Origin: Ignicoccus hospitalis KIN4/I | GTDB lineage: Archaea; Thermoproteota; Thermoprotei_A; Sulfolobales; Ignicoccaceae | DNA length: 32,000 nucleotides | Assembly (NCBI RefSeq): GCF_000017945.1 | Contig: NC_009776.1 | Location: forward strand, 630,001-662,000 | Reading direction: 5' to 3' | Part shown: one piece after another, positions 25,468 through 32,000 of the stretch | Layout: every line of letters begins with the position of its first letter | Numbering within the stretch: position 1 is the stretch's first letter | Notes under the pieces: model-generated | What the model was told of the DNA's origin: nothing | Databases searched by the model: none | The model's input: only the letters and a program-made list of their open reading frames with translations | Program-made: the position numbers and the translations under genes

Positions 25468-26781
25468 TTGAGGACGAGGGCGTTAGCCAGCCTCATAGCA
25501 CTCCTCATCGCCTTCTACGTTATCTGGAACGTAGCCCCCGTTTTGGGCAACGTCTCTCAACAATTGCCTCAAGTGGTAGTGGACGCCATACTCTTGGGTA
25601 ACTTGTACTTCCTCATCGCTGTCGGCATAACTCTGACCTACACGGTAGCCAAGTTCGCCAACTTCGCTCACGGAGACGTCGCGACGGCCGGCGCTTACGC
25701 CGCCTATCTGATATATAATTTCGCTATCATTGCTGGAATAATAAACAACATGGCGTTGTCCGTGGGCATAATATCCTTGCTTCTAGGTATCCTTCTCATA
25801 GCCCTGTGGAAGATGGGGGGCAGCAGCGACGCGCTGGCCTTAGGCGTGCCCAGCGCCCTAACCGGCCTTGCCATACTTTGGGCGTGCTTCTTACAAGCGA
25901 ACTTGGTGGACTTGATTATTATTTCGGCCTCAGTTAGCGCGTTAACCAGCGTGCTCTCCCACGTGTTGGTCTATCGCCCCTTGAGCAGGAGGGGGGCTAC
26001 CTTAGTCCAACTAATGGTGGCCAGCATAGGCGTAGCCCTCTTCGTAAGATACTTCTTATACGAGCTCGCGTGGTACAGCAGGACGTACTTCAATACCGAG
26101 ATAATGTACCAAAACTTCGGGATAAATTTAAATAGCTTCCAAGCGTGGTTAATGAACAATAGCTTGATAGTGGCTAACACGACGGCTTCGTTCATATCCG
26201 ACTACGTGCCGGCACTGAGCGTAGGGGCTCAAGGGATAAGGATAATCAAGGTGCCTTCCGTCGACTTGCTGTTGAGTTTCCCCCAGCCGCTCTTGTCGTT
26301 CACGGACCTCCACGTGTGGAGTACGGTAACTGTGTTAGTAATACTCATAGCAATGACGACCATGTTCAAGAAGACTAAGATCGGAAAGGCTTGGAGGGCG
26401 GTGGCAGACAACCCGGTGCTGGCGGCCGCGTGTGGAATAGACGTAGATTCGGTCATCAACTTAGCTTGGTTAGTCGCGGGAGCGCTGGCCGGGATAGGCG
26501 GCCTCTTCTGGGCAATGCAGACGCAGATCTACCCCGAGCTGGGGTGGATGGTCCTCCTGAACGCGTTCGCAGTAGCGGTCTTGGGAGGCCTCGGCAGCTT
26601 CTGGGGGACCTTCGTGGCCAGCTACTTGCTGGCCTTCGCGGAACAGTTGGGCGTCAGCATACTGGCGTCCATCGACCCGCAACTGACCGGGTATAGGTTT
26701 ATGATACCTTTCTCCGTGTTCCTCTTAGTTCTTTTCGTTAAGCCAGAGGGGATAGCCGGCATTCGGAGGAGGAAGGCGTAA
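25468..26781 (+). CDS. livH: Branched-chain amino acid-type ABC transporter permease (LivH-like), enlarged
   Basis: YFLIAVGITLTYTVAKFANFAHGDVATAGAYAAYLIYN, GKAWRAVADNPVLAAACGIDVDSVINLAWLVAGALAGIGGLFWAM, AFAVAVLGGLGSFWGTFVASYLLAFAEQ; 437 aa. Confidence 0.92.
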   Translation: MRTRALASLIALLIAFYVIWNVAPVLGNVSQQLPQVVVDAILLGNLYFLIAVGITLTYTVAKFANFAHGDVATAGAYAAYLIYNFAIIAGIINNMALSVGIISLLLGILLIALWKMGGSSDALALGVPSALTGLAILWACFLQANLVDLIIISASVSALTSVLSHVLVYRPLSRRGATLVQLMVASIGVALFVRYFLYELAWYSRTYFNTEIMYQNFGINLNSFQAWLMNNSLIVANTTASFISDYVPALSVGAQGIRIIKVPSVDLLLSFPQPLLSFTDLHVWSTVTVLVILIAMTTMFKKTKIGKAWRAVADNPVLAAACGIDVDSVINLAWLVAGALAGIGGLFWAMQTQIYPELGWMVLLNAFAVAVLGGLGSFWGTFVASYLLAFAEQLGVSILASIDPQLTGYRFMIPFSVFLLVLFVKPEGIAGIRRRKA

Positions 26782-26787
26782 CTGGGG

Positions 26788-27825
26788 GTGTTGGGTATGG
26801 ATAAGGTCGGCGCGCTCCTAGGGTTACTGATCTTGGGGGTCCTCGCGGCTCTGTTTTCGGTAAGCCCGAGCTACGCTATTGACGTAATATTCTTCATAGC
26901 GTTCTACGCGATAGCTGCGCTAAGCTTAAACTTAGAATATGGCTACACAGGGCTCAACAACTTCGGACAAGTAGCTTTCATCGCTGTAGGCGCTTACACG
27001 GCCGGCGTCTTGTCGTCAGCCTTCCACTTGCCTTTCGTCTACTGCCTACTGGCAGCCGCGTTGGCCGGAGGCCTCTTAGGGGCGTTCGTCGCAGTGCCTA
27101 CAGTCAAGCTCCGCGAGGACTACTTGGGCATGGCAACAATAATCATAGGAGAGATGATAAGGATCCTCTTGCGAAACACTCCTACGGAGAGCGTCTGGGG
27201 CGGCGTCTTTGGGCTAAGGGGGATAAACCCCGTCTTCGCGTACATAAAGGACCCACTCGCGAGGCAAGGGGCCTTCGTGCTACTGACGCTCTCGCTCCTC
27301 GCTTTGACTTATTGGTTAGTCGACAAGTGGGGCAACTCGCCATTGGGCCGAGTCCTAAAGAGCATAAGGGACGACGAACTGGCGTCTAAGAGCGTTGGTA
27401 AGTTTACTTATCGCTACAAGCTGATAACTATGTTCGTGGGCAGCGCCCTCGCGGGCGTCGCCGGCGCGCTCTACGCGTTCTACTTCCTCTACTTGAACCC
27501 CGACGTCTTTATGCCTCTAATAACGTTCATGATATGGATAATGGTAATAATGGGCGGAGTAGCTAACAACTACGGAGTCGTAGTCGGAAGTGCGATAGTG
27601 ATATTGATAAATAGGTTGACCCAAATAGCTAAGGATTATATAAACCTACCGATAGAGCCCAACTACTTCCAGGCTATGATGGTCGGTATACTGATAATAG
27701 TGTTCCTAATGTTTAGGCCCCAGGGTCTGGTGGTAGAAAAAGTTGTGAGGACGCCGGCGTGGAGCGTGTTGAAGAGGGCAGAAGAAGAGGGCAGGGCCAA
27801 GCCGCCAGGGGGTGAGGAGCAGTGA
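26788..27825 (+). CDS. livM: Branched-chain amino acid-type ABC transporter permease (LivM-like)
   Basis: LSLNLEYGYTGLNNFGQVAFIAVGAYTAGVL, SPLGRVLKSIRDDELASKSVGKFTYRYKLITMFVGSALAGVAGALYAFYF. Confidence 0.93.
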   Translation: MLGMDKVGALLGLLILGVLAALFSVSPSYAIDVIFFIAFYAIAALSLNLEYGYTGLNNFGQVAFIAVGAYTAGVLSSAFHLPFVYCLLAAALAGGLLGAFVAVPTVKLREDYLGMATIIIGEMIRILLRNTPTESVWGGVFGLRGINPVFAYIKDPLARQGAFVLLTLSLLALTYWLVDKWGNSPLGRVLKSIRDDELASKSVGKFTYRYKLITMFVGSALAGVAGALYAFYFLYLNPDVFMPLITFMIWIMVIMGGVANNYGVVVGSAIVILINRLTQIAKDYINLPIEPNYFQAMMVGILIIVFLMFRPQGLVVEKVVRTPAWSVLKRAEEEGRAKPPGGEEQ

Positions 27826-28586
27826 GCGACAACATCTTGGAAGTACAAAACGTGAAGAAGCGCTTCGGGGGCGTAGTGGCCCTCGACGGAGTTACAATGA
27901 GCGTTAAGAGAGGAAGCATGACTGCCTTAATAGGCCCCAACGGCTCCGGAAAGACCACTTTGTTCAACGTCATAGCTGGCGTGTACAAACCCGACTCGGG
28001 CAAAGTGTTCTTCGACGGGAAAGACATTACCGGCTTACCGCCCGAGAAAATTTACCACCTAGGGTTGGTGAGGACGTTCCAAGTCCCTAGGATGTTCAAA
28101 GGAATGACCGTGTTCGAAAACGTCATGACTGCTGCTAGGAACAACCCCGGCGAGAGGTACACTAAGTCTCTATTGAAGCGCTTGTGGAAGTCCGTAGAAA
28201 TGAAGGTAGCCGAGAAAGCGGTGGACACGTTGGAGTTGTTGAAGATACTCCACGTAGCGAGGAACCCTTCAGGCGCCATTAGTGGAGGCCAAATGAAGTT
28301 GGTAGAGCTGGCTAGGGGCCTTATGAGCGACCCTAAGATGCTAATGCTAGACGAGCCCGCCGCCGGCGTTAACCCAACGCTGGCCCACGAAATATTTAAG
28401 TTCTTGGTAAACTTAAAGACCGAAAAGGGTATGAGCATGCTCATAATAGAGCACCGCCTAGACATCCTCTTCGACTACGTAGATTACGTGTACGTCATGC
28501 ATAGGGGAAAAATAGTCGCTGAGGGCACCCCCGAAGAAATCATGAACAACAAAGTGGTAGTTGATATATACCTAGGTGAGGCGTAA
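27822..28586 (+). CDS. livG: Branched-chain amino acid-type ABC transporter ATPase (LivG-like)
   Basis: LIGPNGSGKTTLFNVIAGVYKPDSGKVFFDGKDITGLPPEKIYHLGLVRTFQVPRMF, SGGQMKLVELARGLMSDPKMLMLDEPAAGVNP. Confidence 0.95.
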   Translation: MSDNILEVQNVKKRFGGVVALDGVTMSVKRGSMTALIGPNGSGKTTLFNVIAGVYKPDSGKVFFDGKDITGLPPEKIYHLGLVRTFQVPRMFKGMTVFENVMTAARNNPGERYTKSLLKRLWKSVEMKVAEKAVDTLELLKILHVARNPSGAISGGQMKLVELARGLMSDPKMLMLDEPAAGVNPTLAHEIFKFLVNLKTEKGMSMLIIEHRLDILFDYVDYVYVMHRGKIVAEGTPEEIMNNKVVVDIYLGEA

Positions 28587-28589
28587 GGG

Positions 28590-29330
28590 GTGATAGTTAT
28601 GGCCGACAAAGTAATAGAGACGATTGACCTCGTCGCGGGTTACGGCAAAATGGTAATCCTCCACGGCGTTAACTTCTACGTCTTGAGGAACGAAATTGTA
28701 ACTGTGGTAGGCCCCAACGGCTCTGGCAAGAGCACACTACTAAAGGCAATACTGGGCATAGCGAAAGTAATCTCGGGCAAGGTACTCTACGAGGGGAAGG
28801 ACATAACTAACGAAAGGTTGGACAGAATATCTAGAATGGGTATCGGCTACGTCCCCCAAACGGACAACGTGTTTCCCAGCCTGACGGTGAGGGAGAACTT
28901 AGAGATGGGGGCTTACACGATAAAGGACAAAGATGAGGTAGAGAAGAGAATGGAAGAAATGTTCGAGATATTCCCGGAGCTCAGAGCTAGGAAGGACCAG
29001 CTCGCGGCCAACTTGTCGGGAGGGGAGAGGCAAATGTTAGCCATGGCCAGGGCTCTGATGGCCAGGCCCAAGGCCTTGTTGCTAGACGAGCCCACGGCCG
29101 CCCTCTCGCCAAAGTACGTAGACCTAGTGTTGATGAAGGTTAAAGAAATAAGGGACACCGGAGTGACCATAGTTCTAGTAGAGCAGAACGCCAAGAAGGG
29201 GTTGGAGATAGCTGACAGGGGCTACGTGTTGGTGACGGGCAGAGTAGCCTACACGGCTCCAGCCAAGGAAATATTGAGTCACCCGGAGATCGGCAAGCTC
29301 TACTTGGGCTTGAAGGGAGCGGGTGCTTGA
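28590..29330 (+). CDS. livF: Branched-chain amino acid-type ABC transporter ATPase (LivF-like)
   Basis: VGPNGSGKSTLLKAILGIAKVISGKVLYEGKDITNERLDRISRMGIGYVPQTDNVFPSLTVRENLEMGAY, LSGGERQMLAMARALMARPKALLLDEPTAALSP. Confidence 0.95.
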   Translation: MIVMADKVIETIDLVAGYGKMVILHGVNFYVLRNEIVTVVGPNGSGKSTLLKAILGIAKVISGKVLYEGKDITNERLDRISRMGIGYVPQTDNVFPSLTVRENLEMGAYTIKDKDEVEKRMEEMFEIFPELRARKDQLAANLSGGERQMLAMARALMARPKALLLDEPTAALSPKYVDLVLMKVKEIRDTGVTIVLVEQNAKKGLEIADRGYVLVTGRVAYTAPAKEILSHPEIGKLYLGLKGAGA

Positions 29331-29333
29331 ACG

Positions 29334-29999
29334 TTGAAAACCTTGGTCTTGAAGATTTCAGGCAAGTTCGTGTCGCCTTATGACACGCCCCTCGTGGAGG
29401 GCTATGCCAAGACTCTAGAAGCGCTTAGGAGGAAGTACAAGCTAGCAGTGGTCGTGGGCGGGGGAAGCGTCGCTAGGAAGTACATAGAGCTGGCCCCTCC
29501 CTCCAAAGGTCTCAAGGACTTGATAGGGATAGAGGTGTCAAGGCTGAACGCGTTGCTGCTTTCCATGCACACTCCCTCGGCGAAGAAAGTAATCCCCAAG
29601 AGCGCCTCGGAGGTGCTCGAGCTCTGGGACGGCGAGGACATCCTCATAGTAGGGGGCTTACAGCCCGGTCAATCCACGAACGCAGTCGCTCTGGTAGTGG
29701 CGGAGCTGGTGGGTGCTGACTTGGTGGTGAACGCGACCACGGTGGACGCCGTGTACGACAAGCCCCCCTCGCAGCCTGGCGCTAAGAGAATAGAAAAAAT
29801 AAAGGCCAGAGAGCTCCAAAGGCTCTTAGAGAGTTTCGACTGGAAGAACGAGCCCGGAAGGTACGAGTTAATGGACTCCATCGCCTTGCAGATTGCAGAG
29901 AGGAGTAAGATTCCTATAGCTGTAATCTACGGCGGTGAGCCCGAGAGGATACCGTCTATAGTCGAGGAGGAGGCGTGGGGAACCCTAATCTTACCGTAG
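29334..29999 (+). CDS. pyrH: Archaeal-type UMP kinase
   Basis: LVLKISGKFV, AVVVGGGSVARKYIELA, ILIVGGLQPGQSTNAVALVVAELVGADLVVNATTVDAVYDKPP. Confidence 0.92.
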   Translation: MKTLVLKISGKFVSPYDTPLVEGYAKTLEALRRKYKLAVVVGGGSVARKYIELAPPSKGLKDLIGIEVSRLNALLLSMHTPSAKKVIPKSASEVLELWDGEDILIVGGLQPGQSTNAVALVVAELVGADLVVNATTVDAVYDKPPSQPGAKRIEKIKARELQRLLESFDWKNEPGRYELMDSIALQIAERSKIPIAVIYGGEPERIPSIVEEEAWGTLILP

Positions 30000-30815
30000 C
30001 TCGGCAAGCACTTCCATTATGTCGCCCGTGCACGGCTTTTTGGGTTTCCTAAACTTGTTAGGGCCCTTCCTCCTAAGGGCGGCACAGTCCTCTTGCTTTG
30101 AGTAGAAACACGGGTAGGAGAAGAGGTAGAACGGGCTCACGCCCTCCTCCGCCGCCGCGTAGAGCGCCTTTATCGAGCCCAAGGGGACCTTAGCATATAC
30201 GTAATCTATCAGTCTCTTGAACTGTTCCCACGCCTCGACGCTGACGTACCTCTTCCCCAGGTAACACTCCTTCGCTTTCAACAGCCTCTCTGCCACACAA
30301 GCCGGGTCCGCGGGGGGCCTCCCCGGGTAGGCGACCACCATTTCTCCCCTTCTCTTGCCTAAAGCCGCCATAGCCAAGAAAGAGGCAAAACACTCTGCGG
30401 GCTGCGGCGAAGCGGCGCAGAACGCGTCCCCTACCACCAACTCCTTGTCCCCGAGGACCTTGTCGACGCTGTCCAACACCATAGGCCAGGGGTCTCTGAG
30501 ACAAATTACAAACGTCTTAAACCCCTTCCCGGCTAACTGACTCTCGGGCAGGGGCCCTTTCTTCAACCTGCTCGAGGGGTTCAACAGAAAGGCGGAGTCG
30601 TATACCCTCTTGGCGTCCACGACTTCGCCCTTCTTACAAGGCCTCAACGAGACTACGTCGAAAGTTCTACGGGCCTTACCCTTTCCGCCGACCTCCTCTG
30701 AGCCCCCTTCTCCCTTTTTCGAAGCGTCGTATTCGGTGGTTATCAAATATCCCAACGCGACGAGCGTTGAGCTAATTCCGCCTAAGCCGACCGCTACTCT
30801 TCCCACGTCCCCCAT
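29991..30815 (-). CDS. Cysteine-rich hypothetical protein (274 aa) coupled to the herA-like gene
   Basis: Intact ORF overlapping herA by 22 bp; weak N-terminal hydrophobic segment; about ten cysteines, several in pairs. Confidence 0.6.
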   Translation of the reverse strand: MGDVGRVAVGLGGISSTLVALGYLITTEYDASKKGEGGSEEVGGKGKARRTFDVVSLRPCKKGEVVDAKRVYDSAFLLNPSSRLKKGPLPESQLAGKGFKTFVICLRDPWPMVLDSVDKVLGDKELVVGDAFCAASPQPAECFASFLAMAALGKRRGEMVVAYPGRPPADPACVAERLLKAKECYLGKRYVSVEAWEQFKRLIDYVYAKVPLGSIKALYAAAEEGVSPFYLFSYPCFYSKQEDCAALRRKGPNKFRKPKKPCTGDIMEVLAELR

Positions 30816-32000
30816 TCTTCATCGTCCCTCGTGGCGTGGTACTTCTCCCACTCGTCCACCGCGTCGATGTCTTGTCCGACTTTCTTTATTTCGGCGTGGT
30901 CCACCTTCACTATAGCCGGCAACGGCGCCAAAGGGCCTAGGACTAGGGCCTCTCCCACCGAGAGCGAAGGCAAGTGTTTGACCAGCTCCTCGCTCAAGCC
31001 CTCGCTGCTGGCTTGTACGTGCCTCTGGTCTCCGGGTTCGACCAGCTTAAGCACTATCAGATTGTTGGCTTGACTCAAGGCGTCTTGGTCCAAGCCCTTA
31101 GGCCTCTGGGAGACCATAACTAGGCCTACGCCGAACTTCCTCCCTTCCCTAGTTATTCTCGACACCCAGTACTTGGTCAAGGTCCTCCTGTTAGCGGGCG
31201 CGAGTATGTGGGCCTCTTCCAGCACCAAGAGGATAGGAACTTTTAGGACTGCTTTACCCTTAGAGCCGGCCTCCCCCAAGACCTTCCTCTTCCTCGCGTT
31301 CAATATACTCTTTAGAGATACACTTACAATTATATCGGCCATATCTTCGTCCAGCGAGTGTAAGTCCATCACGTTCAGCGAGGCCGGCTTTATCCTTTCC
31401 ACTACGTCGGAGGCGTCAAAGTCAAATATTTCCTTGTATTTCTGTTCTGCATCTTGGATCTTTACCAACAAGTTAGGTATGGCAGAGTTGACGTCGCTCT
31501 TCGCGTCTATTACAGTGTACAAGTCAGAGCAGTCGTTCTTCTCACAGACTTTCGTCTTGTTCGCATTCTTTAAAGCAATCTTTATTGACGTCAACGGCGT
31601 CGTGGGGTTGAACTTACCGTACTCCCTTAGAATCTGCGCCGCCAACGCGATGTTATCGTAGTGGATAACGGGCATCTCTTTGGTGTGCATTAGCTCAATC
31701 AACATGTTTTGTAATATTCTGAAGAACTTTTCTTTACTCTCGACGACGTTGCTGTTCTCTATCACTTTCCATAAGGTTAACACGTTACGGAGGTAAAGCT
31801 CTTGTTTATGTGCGTCCTTGCTGAGGCCGATGAGCTTGGAGAAGGAGTCCGCGTCCAGCTTCGTAGGGTCGAGCTTAGGCTCTATGACGTTTACGTACTC
31901 CGCGTCGAGCCTCGAGTACTCGCCGTGCATGTCAAAGATGAGAACGCATCCATTCTTTTCTTTAACTATTCTGGTCGTTAGGACGGTAACGGTGTTACTC
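30794..32000 (-). CDS. herA: HerA-type DNA translocase/helicase, truncated at the window edge
   Basis: Translation past the listed start remains open: SNTVTVLTTRIVKEKNGCVLIFDMHGEYSRLDAEYVNVI (after a presumed GSGK just outside the window), VPILLVLEEAHILAP, ITREGRKFGVGLVMVSQRPKGLDQDALSQANNLIVLKL. Confidence 0.9.
   Translation of the reverse strand, partial: SNTVTVLTTRIVKEKNGCVLIFDMHGEYSRLDAEYVNVIEPKLDPTKLDADSFSKLIGLSKDAHKQELYLRNVLTLWKVIENSNVVESKEKFFRILQNMLIELMHTKEMPVIHYDNIALAAQILREYGKFNPTTPLTSIKIALKNANKTKVCEKNDCSDLYTVIDAKSDVNSAIPNLLVKIQDAEQKYKEIFDFDASDVVERIKPASLNVMDLHSLDEDMADIIVSVSLKSILNARKRKVLGEAGSKGKAVLKVPILLVLEEAHILAPANRRTLTKYWVSRITREGRKFGVGLVMVSQRPKGLDQDALSQANNLIVLKLVEPGDQRHVQASSEGLSEELVKHLPSLSVGEALVLGPLAPLPAIVKVDHAEIKKVGQDIDAVDEWEKYHATRDDEEWGTWEE

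Noticed and set aside
30794-32000. Possibility that HerA plus its neighbour is an antiphage defence module (HerA-Sir2 or HerA-DUF4297 type)
   Set aside because: The HerA looks like the canonical archaeal repair type and the partner shows no SIR2 or nuclease motif, so I report only a HerA-associated unknown.
1-32000. CRISPR arrays, transposons, integrated elements, rRNA and tRNA genes
   Set aside because: No regularly spaced repeats, transposase or integrase motifs, or tRNA-like GTTCRANNC-containing cloverleaf regions were noticed in the short intergenic gaps. A tRNAscan/CRISPR finder run would be needed to confirm absence.

Overview
This 32 kb window is densely packed, gene-rich DNA from what looks like a hyperthermophilic crenarchaeon. 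The Desulfurococcales-like assignment is an inference from gene content: S28e, L24e, PCNA, archaeal Trm10, HerA, SBDS, archaeal UMP kinase, TATA-type promoters, and frequent GTG/TTG starts. I see no CRISPR array, transposase, rRNA or convincing tRNA. Most of the window is housekeeping: moaA-SBDS, geranylgeranyl reductase and Lrp, TtuA-like and COG1031-like enzymes, PCNA, a PAPS-reductase-like protein, pth2-trm10, S28e/L24e/ndk, argC/lysY, a livHMGF cassette plus pyrH, and herA at the right edge. The most interesting segment is 13.8-16.7 kb on the minus strand. It encodes a polytopic membrane protein with an embedded soluble beta-rich domain, immediately followed by a HerA/VirB4-like ATPase with a short N-terminal hydrophobic segment. 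This pair is best explained as a divergent version of the crenarchaeal Ced-type DNA-import machinery (CedA/VirB6-like plus CedB/VirB4-like). Other points worth a second look are: a possible ThiS/MoaD-like beta-grasp domain fused to the C-terminus of a TtuA-type tRNA thiolase; a possibly split or frameshifted M28-like peptidase; a 124-bp convergent overlap at the ATPase 3' end; a RuvC-like/ClpP-fold gene pair beside ribosomal genes; a winged-helix protein with a membrane segment and His-rich tail leading a membrane operon; and an unrecognised cysteine-rich protein coupled to herA.
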